Source: Candidatus Hermodarchaeota archaeon
Lineage (GTDB): Archaea > Asgardarchaeota > Lokiarchaeia > Sigyniarchaeales > SOKP01
Reading direction: 5' to 3'
NCBI GenBank assembly: GCA_048885525.1
Contig: JBHLLP010000013.1
Coordinates: forward strand, 1-64,000
Length of the DNA: 64,000 bases
Of this stretch, positions 30,260 to 41,002 are shown in pieces (the first letter of the stretch is position 1; each line of letters begins with the position of its first letter). The position numbers and the translations under genes are program-made. A model generated the notes under the pieces. It was not told where the DNA came from, did not search any database, and saw only the letters and a program-made list of their open reading frames with translations.

Positions 30260-30943
30260 TTATTCATTTGATATTTCGAAATCTTCCTTCTTATAAACCT
30301 TTTTGCCAAATTCTTCAAAACCAATTCCTTTAATGAAAGAATATGAAACCTTGTTATCTTTATATACCTCCGCTCTTACTTCTTTAACATTACTATAATT
30401 CTCTTTTAAAAAATTCCATGCTGCCGTTCCCATAATAGTACCAACCCCTTTTCTTTGGAAACGCGGGATAACAGCTAAAGCAGCTATTACAGCAATTTCT
30501 TTATTCTCCCCTTCAAAATCTAAAAGTACAAATCCCGCATCAATACCATATACTTTTGCAATAAGAAAAACAGTATCAGGATAATCAAGGATTTTCTTCA
30601 AATCATTTTTAGTTATGGGTCTGTAAGGGGTATTTGAAAGTAACCATGCACGGTTATATATATTTTTTAGAATTTCTAAATCAGTTTCTGTTGCCTTTCT
30701 GATTTTCGCTTTAATAATGTTATGTTCTATTTTATCTTTTAATCTATTTTCGAATTCTTGAGTAATTCTTTCTACTGGAAGCCTCATTTGGATATAAACC
30801 ATCCCATCTTGATAAATCTCTTCTACAACTTCATCAACTTCCTGCTTATTCTTCTTTTTTGTTTCAATAGATAAAAAAAAAGCTCGTATTTTTCTCTTTT
30901 TGAGATCTAATCTTCTTTTACGTTCTATATTTGATTGTGACAT
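30260..30943 (-). CDS. GNAT family N-acetyltransferase
   Basis: AVIPRFQRKGVG acetyl-CoA motif and N..S..F...GF. Confidence 0.87.
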   Translation of the reverse strand: MSQSNIERKRRLDLKKRKIRAFFLSIETKKKNKQEVDEVVEEIYQDGMVYIQMRLPVERITQEFENRLKDKIEHNIIKAKIRKATETDLEILKNIYNRAWLLSNTPYRPITKNDLKKILDYPDTVFLIAKVYGIDAGFVLLDFEGENKEIAVIAALAVIPRFQRKGVGTIMGTAAWNFLKENYSNVKEVRAEVYKDNKVSYSFIKGIGFEEFGKKVYKKEDFEISNE

Positions 30944-30966
30944 GATAAAATGATAGATCTATAATA

Positions 30967-32601
30967 TTATTCTAAAACATTTAATTTTTCCCGGATTATT
31001 CCTTCCATCGCTTCATTAATAAGTAATTTTTCTCTTAATTTTGAAACTCCTAACTGAAGTCTCTTTTTAAAGTTGGGATCTTTTATCAAATTTTTACGTT
31101 CAGATGAAAATTCAAAATTTGATCTTATAGCCATATCACTTTCGACCCTTTCCTTTAGAATGTTTTTTAAATTATAAAAATTCTCTGAAATATTTACATA
31201 TATAGCGTCAGGGTCATTAATAATATAGCCTGGGAATACGATATTCATAGATTCTTCCATATTTGCCTCATCTTCAACAAACATTGTATAAATAGGCATA
31301 TAAATCCATTGTATTGGTCTTGAAAATAAATCTGATTGATTATCAGTGAGAGACCATTCTATTAATTTTTGAGCTTCATATAGACAATTATTATGTTTTA
31401 TTTCTATAATACTCTTAATTTTTGTAAACAGTTGTTCTATTTGAGTTTTTAAATTATCTAACTCAGAAATCTTTGCTTGTTTTTCGCTCTCAATTTCAGT
31501 TAGTAATTTATTCCTGTCTTTAAGTTTTAAATCTAAAGAATCCTTAAATTTTGCTAATTTTTGTTTTGCTTCATCATTAATTTGTAAAGATCGTTTCTTC
31601 AACTCATTATATTTTTGAAATAACCCTTCAAGAGATTCCAAAAAATTTTTACCTTCTTGTTTTAAATAATCAAACTGTGTTTCAAAATGAGGTATGAGAT
31701 CTTCAAAAACTCTACTTTTTAAAGAATCATCGCTCGTAAAGAATTTATTTTTCTTAATAATTTCTTCAAGGTGTCTTTCAGATGTTTTAAATAAAGTAGA
31801 CATGCTTTCAATTATCTTTTTCTTCTCATCAACATTCCATTGATCGATTTTATCTTGTTCTAGTTTTATTTGCTCATCTACTTGATAGGTATCTATTGAA
31901 GAAGAAGTTTTACTGATTTGACTTGAATACCTTGAATCTATATCTTTTAATTGAACATTTATATCTATAAGCCATTTGCTTACTTCTTTATCTATTAATT
32001 CAATTTGAGTTTTCCATCTTAACGCATTTCCCTTCATTGTATTAATAATATTTCGATATTCTTCCGAAATATTTAGCGCATCTTCAGTAGAAATACTAGT
32101 ATCTAAAACAGTATAATCTGTAATTGGTTTATATTCTATTAATGGGATAATTTTAATTAGCGATTGAAGAAATTCAGGATTAATCAGACCATCAATTTTA
32201 AGAGTGTGAAATTCTGATTCCTCTCCTTCCCCGATCTCTTCTGCTTCTATATCTCTATATGATAATATATCAATTAATATATTTAATTGTTCAATTTTAG
32301 TTCTATTGTCAACATTTCTTAGTATATGACCGATTAACGGTTGACGAGGGGGATTCGAGAACTTATCAATTTTATTAAATAGATTCAATCCATCTAGCAT
32401 TATATGAGTGGAAATTACTCCTTGAATACTTAAGATAGGCCAAAGAAGCCTAGAAAAAGATATAATCTTAGTATCTTTATTTAAATCTTTTGTTAATAGA
32501 TAAAATGCTAGAGCTAATTCATCATTTCCTTGAATTGAAAGGGGATGTGCATCTTTTCTAATAAAAAAAGGTAATAAGTATTGATTTCCGTGGACAGACA
32601 T
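30967..32601 (-). CDS. Hypothetical protein with long central coiled coil
   Basis: 544-aa ORF with a heptad-rich K/E/Q/L region in the middle. Confidence 0.8.
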   Translation of the reverse strand: MSVHGNQYLLPFFIRKDAHPLSIQGNDELALAFYLLTKDLNKDTKIISFSRLLWPILSIQGVISTHIMLDGLNLFNKIDKFSNPPRQPLIGHILRNVDNRTKIEQLNILIDILSYRDIEAEEIGEGEESEFHTLKIDGLINPEFLQSLIKIIPLIEYKPITDYTVLDTSISTEDALNISEEYRNIINTMKGNALRWKTQIELIDKEVSKWLIDINVQLKDIDSRYSSQISKTSSSIDTYQVDEQIKLEQDKIDQWNVDEKKKIIESMSTLFKTSERHLEEIIKKNKFFTSDDSLKSRVFEDLIPHFETQFDYLKQEGKNFLESLEGLFQKYNELKKRSLQINDEAKQKLAKFKDSLDLKLKDRNKLLTEIESEKQAKISELDNLKTQIEQLFTKIKSIIEIKHNNCLYEAQKLIEWSLTDNQSDLFSRPIQWIYMPIYTMFVEDEANMEESMNIVFPGYIINDPDAIYVNISENFYNLKNILKERVESDMAIRSNFEFSSERKNLIKDPNFKKRLQLGVSKLREKLLINEAMEGIIREKLNVLE

Positions 32602-32800
32602 GGACCATTCTTAAATTTTTAATTACATTCACATTATATATTTCAAATATATTAAATTTAAAGAGATTCAATTTTAAATTTTTAATCTTTTTTTGAGTAG
32701 TTATTTAAAAATTTACTTTTTTAAACTTCCTATTACTATCTGAAATCGGTTTTAGATAAATAATAATAAAAAATTGGAAAGAATGAAAAGTAGAATTGTT

Positions 32801-33658
32801 TTATTTAAGTTGTTCATAATTATTTGCAATTACCAAAATAAGAAGTGCTAATAATATTAGTAATGGGGGCATTACAGCTCTTAAATGGGGTAATGTAGCT
32901 ACATCAAGTGCACCTTGCAGTATTCGCCCTCCAACAAAATAAAGTAAGAATCCAATTGCGTTTAAGGCATAAGACCTTCTTAAGACTCCAAACGTTTTAT
33001 AAGCAAGATATAGAAAGATAAAAGGAATTAAAACAAGGAATAATGGCATAAAAATAAAATTAAACAGAAATCTACCAAGAGGATATTCCCATGAACCAAA
33101 TCTAATTAAAACTAAATCAACAGTAATACCTGGATAATCGTCTTCAAAATCGGGGTCCATAAATAGTCCATCTGATAATGTTAAAGCGAGAATGCCTATA
33201 ATTATGGGGAGAACAAATAATCCTATCCGAATAAGTAATTTAATATTCTTTTGATGTTTAAACCATGCTTTCAAAGACTTTTCTTCCCTTTTCTCCTCTT
33301 TTGTTTCAGGCGGAAATAAGAGGATTCCTAAAACTCCAACAGCACATGCTACACCTATCCAAGTAAAAAATGTAGCTAAACGAAAATTTAACATTAAAAA
33401 TTCAACAACTTCAGTACTATTCCCTCCATCGAATAGTTCTGGTGCGAAAAAATAATATACAATGAAAAATACTCTCGCAATACCAAAACACAGGAAAAAT
33501 AAACTAAAAAATAGCCAATATAACTTCCGTGAAGTTCTATATCGCATGAATAAGAAGTAAAAAAATAAGAGGAAGAAGTAACCTACAATTACAAAATAGA
33601 GACCCATTTCTATCGCGTCCCAAAATCCAAAATACTGATAAGTGTCTTGAAACAACAT
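32801..33658 (-). CDS. Hypothetical 7-TM membrane protein
   Basis: Seven hydrophobic segments counted by eye, with no soluble output domain. Confidence 0.8.
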   Translation of the reverse strand: MLFQDTYQYFGFWDAIEMGLYFVIVGYFFLLFFYFLFMRYRTSRKLYWLFFSLFFLCFGIARVFFIVYYFFAPELFDGGNSTEVVEFLMLNFRLATFFTWIGVACAVGVLGILLFPPETKEEKREEKSLKAWFKHQKNIKLLIRIGLFVLPIIIGILALTLSDGLFMDPDFEDDYPGITVDLVLIRFGSWEYPLGRFLFNFIFMPLFLVLIPFIFLYLAYKTFGVLRRSYALNAIGFLLYFVGGRILQGALDVATLPHLRAVMPPLLILLALLILVIANNYEQLK

Positions 33659-33777
33659 AATAAGTCAATTTTTTTTATTACTTTAAATAATATTATTATC
33701 TTTTAGTTGTATAAAAATTTATTTCAATTTGAGTAATTCTTAAAATACAAATATTATCAATTACTTTTAAAATCTAT

Positions 33778-35271
33778 ATGAAAATCGAGAATAACATTGA
33801 GACGTTTAATTCATTACTAAAAAGAAGAGGATTCATATGGGGACCTTCTCCTGAAATATATGGGGGATTTGCAGGTTTCTATTCCTATGGTCCAGCAGGG
33901 ATGGCTCTTAAAAATAATATTTTAGATTTATTTAGGAAAGAATGTCGTTATTTTGGATTTGGCGAGGTTGAATGCCCTACAATCATGCCAAGTATTGTTT
34001 GGGAAGCTTCAGGGCACTTAGAGAGGTTTATTGACCCTGTAATGAGATGTAATAAATGTAATACATTATATAGAGCTGATCAATTTCTTCAAGAAAATTT
34101 ACCAGACCTTGTAATTGATGGGTTATCATTTAAACAAATGGAGAATTTAATTAAAAAACACGAGTTGAAATGTCCAAAATGCGAAACTCCATTTCAGAAA
34201 ATAGAAGAATATAATCTTATGTTAAAAACATCTGTAGGAAATAATATTACTGCTTTTTTACGTCCAGAAACAGCTACCACCACTTATTTATTATTTAATC
34301 GTTTAGATCAAGATGCACGACGACAATATCCAATTAAAATTTTTCAATTCGGTAAAGCTTATCGGAATGAGATATCTCCTAGGCAAGGAGTTCTTAGAAT
34401 GAGAGCATTTGATCAATTTGAACTCCAATTATTTATTAGTAAACAGCAAGAAATGTCATTTGAGGATTATGAGGAAATTAAAATGAACGCACTACCGTTA
34501 TTGGATTGGCAACTCCAAAAAAAAAATATTGATAAACCTCAGACAATCTCACTTGAGAACGCAATTAAAACAAAACTTCTTAAAAAGCCAGCCTATGCAT
34601 ATTGTCTTTATATTACATACTATTTAACTAAAATATTAGGAATGCCAGAAGAACTAATTAGATTTAGGCAACATTCTATAAATGAGCGTGCTCACTATGC
34701 TGATGATGCTTGGGATTTGGAAATAAAAACTAAACAATTTGGATGGGTTGAAATTTGTGGAGTACATGACAGAACTGATTATGATTTAAGAAGACACGCA
34801 GAATATTCTAAACAAAATTTTGAAGTATCCATGGGGTCTGATCCAAATATTAAAGAAATTCCTCAAGTTCTTGAAATCGCATTTGGGATCGATAGAATTA
34901 TATATACTCTGCTTGAGACTACTTTTAAGGTTGAGGAAGGTAGAATAAATTTGAAACTCCATCCTAAATTAGCTCCTAATACAGTAGCAGTCTTTCCACT
35001 TGTTAAAAATAAAGAAAATATAAGAAAGTTGGCATTAAAAGTTCATAGAGAATTGTTAGAAAATCGGATTAGTTCATTTTTTGATGTTGCGGGTTCTATA
35101 GGAAAACGGTATAGGAGACAAGATGAGTTAGGAACTAAATGGTGTATAACTATAGATTATGAATCTTTAGATGATAATACTGTAACAATCAGAGAGCGTG
35201 ATTCAATGGATCAACTAAGAGTTAGTATCTCAGATCTTGCTGCAATTATAAAAAAGAAGCAAGAAGAGTAA
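33778..35271 (+). CDS. glyS: Glycine--tRNA ligase (archaeal/eukaryotic alpha2 type)
   Basis: RRGF..EIYGG, ASGH, LRPETA, GKAYRNEISPRQG and SIGKRYRRQDELG. Confidence 0.96.
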   Translation: MKIENNIETFNSLLKRRGFIWGPSPEIYGGFAGFYSYGPAGMALKNNILDLFRKECRYFGFGEVECPTIMPSIVWEASGHLERFIDPVMRCNKCNTLYRADQFLQENLPDLVIDGLSFKQMENLIKKHELKCPKCETPFQKIEEYNLMLKTSVGNNITAFLRPETATTTYLLFNRLDQDARRQYPIKIFQFGKAYRNEISPRQGVLRMRAFDQFELQLFISKQQEMSFEDYEEIKMNALPLLDWQLQKKNIDKPQTISLENAIKTKLLKKPAYAYCLYITYYLTKILGMPEELIRFRQHSINERAHYADDAWDLEIKTKQFGWVEICGVHDRTDYDLRRHAEYSKQNFEVSMGSDPNIKEIPQVLEIAFGIDRIIYTLLETTFKVEEGRINLKLHPKLAPNTVAVFPLVKNKENIRKLALKVHRELLENRISSFFDVAGSIGKRYRRQDELGTKWCITIDYESLDDNTVTIRERDSMDQLRVSISDLAAIIKKKQEE

Positions 35272-35407
35272 ATACTTAAACTTTTGCTAAATATTACGAT
35301 CCAATTGATATACTCCAAAAAAATTTTAAAGAGAAGCATTTTTTACAAATATAATTTATGAAATATACTTTGGTAACTACAATTTTAATTGCTTTATTTA
35401 GGTTATA

Positions 35408-38173
35408 ATGAGATTCTTGACTTTATTCAATACTAGAAAAAAAAGAAATCAGAAGAATCAATGGAGAAAAGTATTATTATGTCTTTTTTTTACAGTGATA
35501 ATCTCAGTTAATTTTATACAAATTACTGAAAATTATTTTAAATCAAAAAACTCTAACGAAATTTTACTAAAAAATGAAGATAATTACCAAGATAATATTC
35601 TAAATAATCTGAAAACATCTACTGACACTTCTATGCTTCAAAACCCTTTTACTAAAAATTTTGACCTTCTTCTTGAATTTTTTGAAAGTAAATATCAATC
35701 AAGCTTACAATTTAACGTACCTACGTATTATAGATATGGAGATAACCTAGGTGATATAATCGATGATACAATTTTTTCGGAAGACAATTTACTTTTCTAT
35801 AAGTCACTATTAACCGATATTGGCAGTTTTGAAACTTTTGATACATACTTAAAACTAAAAGAGACTACATTATGGTATAAAGGTAATACTAATCAATTTG
35901 AATATGGTTTTGTAAAGTCAATTGATAATACAACAGGACAAATAACGGATGACAAAAGATATCTTGTTGATAATCTGCTACCGATCTTTTTACTAATTGA
36001 AAACATCGGAGATGAAATAGATGATATATTTATTAATGGTATATATCCAGAAGATAGTATTAATGAAATGTTCAATCTAGTTAATTCTACTGAATTTTGG
36101 GATGATATAAATAAAGGATTTTATCACCATAATTCAACCACAAATAAAAATTCTGAAAGTAATTTTTATGCTATATTAGCCAATCTCTTAATTCATAGAA
36201 CTGGTAATTTAGACATTTCAATTCGGGATAGAGCATATGATTTAGCAAATCAAACTATGATTGCGTTGAAGGCTAGTATGTGGGATACACCAAATAAAGC
36301 TTTTTATTATCAAGCGAATAGTAATTGGAATGCAGCTGCAGTTATAGGGGGTACTAATTATCATTTAAGCACAAATTCTTTAGGAATATTCACTCTTTTG
36401 GAATTTTGGATTGAAACAGGCATGGAAAATGATTCCTTATTTTATCAAAATGCTAAAGATCTTTATGAAAGTCTAGAATTTTTATGGAATGGGAGTCTTT
36501 ACAGTAATATTGCTGATCCTGGTTGGGGAGGATTTTTTGATTCTAGTTTTAATCTTAAGTCTAATGCTATGATGATGAGCGCCTGTTTGAAGCTATTCGA
36601 AGTTACAGGTAATAAAACTTATTATGAAAGAGCTTTAAGAATTTTTGAGTCCTTAGAATTATATTTTTATGACAATAATTCTTATAAGTTTAGTTCCGTA
36701 AATTCTAATAAAAATTTTCATTCGAATCTAAAATTAAGTGAAGCTTATTTGGATGCTTTTAGTATTTATAATAATACAGTACTGATTGCTAATTATAATT
36801 TATCAAACCCAGTTCCAGATTTTATTTTTAATCAAGATGTTATGAATTTAACATCTGTTTATTCATATAAAAAAACAAGTGAATATTTTGATCCAGAAAG
36901 TAAATCTTATTTGCCTTTCACTGTACAATATAATATTACCAATGCCACTATTAATTATCTATTTAAATATCCAAATGGAACTTTCCTAAAACTATATAAA
37001 AATCAGATTAATAGTCCAGCAATATCTCATACTTTATTATACGGTATAGAAGATTCTTTACCTATAGGTGATGGTTATTTTATTTATGTGTGGGCTAATA
37101 CAACGTATTTTAAAATGGCAGATGTGTTAAAGCGTTTTAATGTTGTTTCGGGATTAATAAATAAAACTATTGAAGGATTATTAAGTACTTTATATCAAGG
37201 ACCAATTGTAAATGTAACTCTTATTATTAATTATACCCGTAGTGATAACTTAACATTAACAGCAACTTTGGAAGGGGAGGATATAATCAATTTTCCTTCT
37301 CAAGAGATTAATTTTACAGCTTCTCAAGAAATTCGAGTATCCTTCAACCTTACAGCCAAATTTGGAGCAATACCTGGTCCTAGTGAAATCTTTTTTAAAA
37401 TTAAGCAAGGTAATGTGCTATATCTCTTAATTAAAAGGGTGATCCAAATTGGCAATTCATTTGATTACAGTAATTTAATCTATGAAAATAAGATAGTACG
37501 AGGAGATAAAATATTTGTATCAATGAATTTAAAGAATTTTCTCCCAAATGCAACTCAAACCTTAAATGTGAGTTTTACAGGAATTTTTGAAAACTCTATT
37601 GAAGATTTTATTAAAGAAGAGATACTAAACGAACAAGAAACTAAAACAGTAACATATAATTTAAAATCTTTAGAATCTGTAATAAATGATACTATTAAGA
37701 TAAAAATGAGCATACTAATTAATACTACAGAATATTATTCGGAAATTCTTACAGTAGAATTATTAAATAAATTTGAGATATTAAGTATAAGTTTTCCGGA
37801 AAAAATACAACAAGGAACTCATGCTTATTTAGTAATTGTAATCAAAAACAATCAAGAAAACTCTGAAGGATTTTCATTGCAGATAAATGGAAAGTCTATT
37901 AGAACTAATATTGCTTTATTAACTTCTGGAGAGAATAGAATAGTAGCAGAAATTATACCCTCTCTCAATCCCTATGAATTTGGGATAAAGAGATATAGAG
38001 TTGTATTAAGAGATAGTTTAAATGAAGAAATAGCACGATTCTATTTTGAAATTAATTTGGATCTATCGACTTTAAATTTGATTTTATTTTATGTATTACC
38101 AGTAGTGGTACCTATAGGTATTATACTATTTTTTAAGAATAAAGATATAAAACATAAGAAATTAAGAAGATGA
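35408..38173 (+). CDS. Large cell-surface glycoprotein (probable alpha/alpha toroid + Ig-like domains, C-terminal TM)
   Basis: N-terminal signal/anchor, W-D...GFY repeats and LFEVTGNKTYYERA (six-hairpin glycosidase-like), more than 20 N-X-S/T sequons, C-terminal TM with a basic tail. Confidence 0.7.
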   Translation: MRFLTLFNTRKKRNQKNQWRKVLLCLFFTVIISVNFIQITENYFKSKNSNEILLKNEDNYQDNILNNLKTSTDTSMLQNPFTKNFDLLLEFFESKYQSSLQFNVPTYYRYGDNLGDIIDDTIFSEDNLLFYKSLLTDIGSFETFDTYLKLKETTLWYKGNTNQFEYGFVKSIDNTTGQITDDKRYLVDNLLPIFLLIENIGDEIDDIFINGIYPEDSINEMFNLVNSTEFWDDINKGFYHHNSTTNKNSESNFYAILANLLIHRTGNLDISIRDRAYDLANQTMIALKASMWDTPNKAFYYQANSNWNAAAVIGGTNYHLSTNSLGIFTLLEFWIETGMENDSLFYQNAKDLYESLEFLWNGSLYSNIADPGWGGFFDSSFNLKSNAMMMSACLKLFEVTGNKTYYERALRIFESLELYFYDNNSYKFSSVNSNKNFHSNLKLSEAYLDAFSIYNNTVLIANYNLSNPVPDFIFNQDVMNLTSVYSYKKTSEYFDPESKSYLPFTVQYNITNATINYLFKYPNGTFLKLYKNQINSPAISHTLLYGIEDSLPIGDGYFIYVWANTTYFKMADVLKRFNVVSGLINKTIEGLLSTLYQGPIVNVTLIINYTRSDNLTLTATLEGEDIINFPSQEINFTASQEIRVSFNLTAKFGAIPGPSEIFFKIKQGNVLYLLIKRVIQIGNSFDYSNLIYENKIVRGDKIFVSMNLKNFLPNATQTLNVSFTGIFENSIEDFIKEEILNEQETKTVTYNLKSLESVINDTIKIKMSILINTTEYYSEILTVELLNKFEILSISFPEKIQQGTHAYLVIVIKNNQENSEGFSLQINGKSIRTNIALLTSGENRIVAEIIPSLNPYEFGIKRYRVVLRDSLNEEIARFYFEINLDLSTLNLILFYVLPVVVPIGIILFFKNKDIKHKKLRR

Positions 38174-38180
38174 GTTAAAC

Positions 38181-39872
38181 TTGATAAAGAATCAACACAG
38201 AAAAACATTAATTACTATTTTTATTTTATTTGGTTATTTTGTTAGTTTACTTGTTTATACCTCTATCCCTCCACAAGATCAAACACTTGAGTTTTATAAT
38301 GATGAAAAGTTCAATATGCCGAATACAGCATTAGCTTTAAAATATTCTGATATTGAAAAAAATGACACCTATGTATATAGATTATTCGAAACTGTTAATT
38401 TCACTGTTAATTATTCTAATTTTCAGGAAGTAGATCACGTAGTAATGGAAATTTCCTTTAAAAATGGAAGTGTTGTAAATTACGATATGCTTTCTGGGGG
38501 TGTTAATGAAAGTTATTATGAGTTCAAGCCAGGATATAGAGCAGCATTGGGATTACATAATGTTAGTTTTTTAATTTATGATATAAACAACACTCTTTTA
38601 AATGATCATACAACATACACAAATTTCACCATTAATACAAACTATGGAGCAACTTTTCTTCCAAAACCTGAATATTATATAGGAGATACATTATCTGCCG
38701 ATATATTTTTAAGTAATTTTAGTAGTTCTAATAGAGATTACGATTTCGAACAATGGGATATCACCATTGTTGATGGAGTAAATGAGATTACACAACAAAA
38801 TTTATTAGATCTTGAGGCAAATACCAATTATATTAGATTTATAGTAGATAACGAAACTTTTAGAGAGGTCAATAAAGTTTATTATTTAAAAGTTAATATG
38901 ACTGAGCTTAATAGCGGTATGATAAGAGCTGCTTATTTTCCTTTCAATATAATAAATACTAATCCAGTAATTACTTCCATTGTAAATCTTTCTCATAGTG
39001 AGTTGTTTAGAACAGATGAGTGCATTGTTACATTAAATTCTACAGATCTTGAGACTGCACCTGAAAATCTTACTCTTACTATGTATATTAAAGATTCTGA
39101 AGGCGATGAGGTTCTTCAAGAAGTTTTACAATATGAAGGTGGGAATTCTTTTTCTGATAAATTTATCATTCCATGGTACAGACCTGTAGGAGAATATAGA
39201 ATTAATGTTGTAGCACGTGATGAACATGGAGGGACAGTTTCAAAAGAAGAATTCTTCACAGTAAAAAATAACGCTCCTGAAATTCATGGTTATAAGATTA
39301 ATGGACAATCCATGACTCAAAGTATTGCCGTACCATATGGTAGAAATTTAATTTTTTCATTTAATGTATCTGATACTGAAGGAGTTTCCTATATAATGGT
39401 TGCTCTTTTAGATCAAAATAACAATTGGTTTAATATTACAAAAGCTTATACGGGAGAAGATACTGAAATTACCATAAGAACTATTGATTTAATAACTGGG
39501 ACTTGGTTTGCTTATATTTATGTTATTGATTCTGATGGTGCAGTTACAAGTCTTATTGATGATTATAATATGGCTCCCCAAGGAATAACCATAATCCCAG
39601 ATGTTTTAAGCAATTTTGTACCTTGGATAGTGTTTTTCTTCGGTATAGGTATTGGGGCACTATTGGGTGTGGGTAGCATATATAAATATTTTAGATCAAA
39701 ATATGGAGAATCTCAATTAAGTTCACCGAAGAAGAAAGAAATTCCTATTAAGAAAAAAGAAAAAGTTAAACCAATTAAGAAGGAACTCGAAAACGAAGAA
39801 ATTCAAGAAATAAAATCTGAAGAGGAAGAAAAAGAGGAAGTTCCTAAACGCAAAATAAAAAGAAAATTATAA
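38181..39872 (+). CDS. Cell-surface protein with Ig/cadherin-like repeats, single C-terminal TM and charged cytoplasmic tail
   Basis: Signal peptide, N..P linkers, ARDEHGG and D.DG motifs, many sequons, Gly-rich TM, and a K/E-rich tail of about 60 aa. Confidence 0.72.
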   Translation: MIKNQHRKTLITIFILFGYFVSLLVYTSIPPQDQTLEFYNDEKFNMPNTALALKYSDIEKNDTYVYRLFETVNFTVNYSNFQEVDHVVMEISFKNGSVVNYDMLSGGVNESYYEFKPGYRAALGLHNVSFLIYDINNTLLNDHTTYTNFTINTNYGATFLPKPEYYIGDTLSADIFLSNFSSSNRDYDFEQWDITIVDGVNEITQQNLLDLEANTNYIRFIVDNETFREVNKVYYLKVNMTELNSGMIRAAYFPFNIINTNPVITSIVNLSHSELFRTDECIVTLNSTDLETAPENLTLTMYIKDSEGDEVLQEVLQYEGGNSFSDKFIIPWYRPVGEYRINVVARDEHGGTVSKEEFFTVKNNAPEIHGYKINGQSMTQSIAVPYGRNLIFSFNVSDTEGVSYIMVALLDQNNNWFNITKAYTGEDTEITIRTIDLITGTWFAYIYVIDSDGAVTSLIDDYNMAPQGITIIPDVLSNFVPWIVFFFGIGIGALLGVGSIYKYFRSKYGESQLSSPKKKEIPIKKKEKVKPIKKELENEEIQEIKSEEEEKEEVPKRKIKRKL

Positions 39873-39921
39873 AAAGAAAAATATTTTTTTATATATTAAT
39901 TTTAAACATATCAATTTCTTT

Positions 39922-40833
39922 TTAACTTAAAATTTCATAAAGTCTATATTTAAATTTACCAAGATTTCCACCATAATTCCCTGCAGATATTCGATTTATC
40001 CCTGGAACTTTAATTGCGGCTTCAATTCCCAATTTCATTGCTGTCTTAATAGGTTCTTCAGTAGCTCCATCAAAAATGATTTCATAAACACAATTATCTC
40101 CTTCTTTTAATTGGGAATTGTCTATTTTCTCTCTTAAGCTAGGACAAAGTGGATCATTAGTAGAGGCATTAAGAAAACTATACTTTGAACCAACTTTCGA
40201 ACCAGAACGTACAATTCCTCCTGGAAATGGAGCAATCACGTTAGGAATGTCTTTGACAGCTTCTATAGCCTTCTGGGCAGCTTCTAATGTAGAATCTTGA
40301 TCTCTTCCGATTATTAAAAAGTTCCCTCCAGCAATACCTTTCCCAACTTTGGCAACACTTTGAACAATAAATTCTCCTTCCATAACTGGAATTGACCATG
40401 TTTCAAAAGGATATTTTCCTTCAATTTTTTCCTGAAAACCATCTCCAAAAAATTTTAGATTTGCCCCTAATTTTATTTCGAACTCTTTTACAGGATCTAA
40501 AGAATTATCTAATGCATCAAAACACGCTGTTGTAGGACATGTAAAAACACACTGTCCAACACGATTCATAACAACATTACTCATCTCTTCTTTTTTGTTT
40601 TTGAAGAACATTAGAATTACACCTGGACGCTTATCAGGAGTTTTTTCACCGGAAACGAATATGTCAATTCCTGCCTCTGCATCGCAATGAATAGTTGATG
40701 TTCCATATCCAGTGGTTGTTTGAGCAGCAATTTTAGCCCATCTCTCATTTTTTGCAGTAACCAATATTCTGGTGAACCATGCTCCAAAAGCTTCACAGAA
40801 GGTATCTTCAATCTCTACACCATTTATCTCCAT
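39922..40833 (-). CDS. ftr: Formylmethanofuran--tetrahydromethanopterin N-formyltransferase
   Basis: MEINGVEIEDTFCEAF, CDAEAGID, GGIVRSGSKVGSKY and SAGNYGGNLG. Confidence 0.97.
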   Translation of the reverse strand: MEINGVEIEDTFCEAFGAWFTRILVTAKNERWAKIAAQTTTGYGTSTIHCDAEAGIDIFVSGEKTPDKRPGVILMFFKNKKEEMSNVVMNRVGQCVFTCPTTACFDALDNSLDPVKEFEIKLGANLKFFGDGFQEKIEGKYPFETWSIPVMEGEFIVQSVAKVGKGIAGGNFLIIGRDQDSTLEAAQKAIEAVKDIPNVIAPFPGGIVRSGSKVGSKYSFLNASTNDPLCPSLREKIDNSQLKEGDNCVYEIIFDGATEEPIKTAMKLGIEAAIKVPGINRISAGNYGGNLGKFKYRLYEILS

Positions 40834-41002
40834 TTTAAATACTTCACCTTGAAGCTATAAATTTTCTTTTTTTTTATAATTTTTATTTACTAATAGATTT
40901 CCTTGTTTTATAAAATTTAAAATAAAAAATAAAAACATTGAAAAATTGATAGGAATTATATTTTTAAATTTAAATTTGAAATTAAAACTAAGTATGTGAA
41001 AA

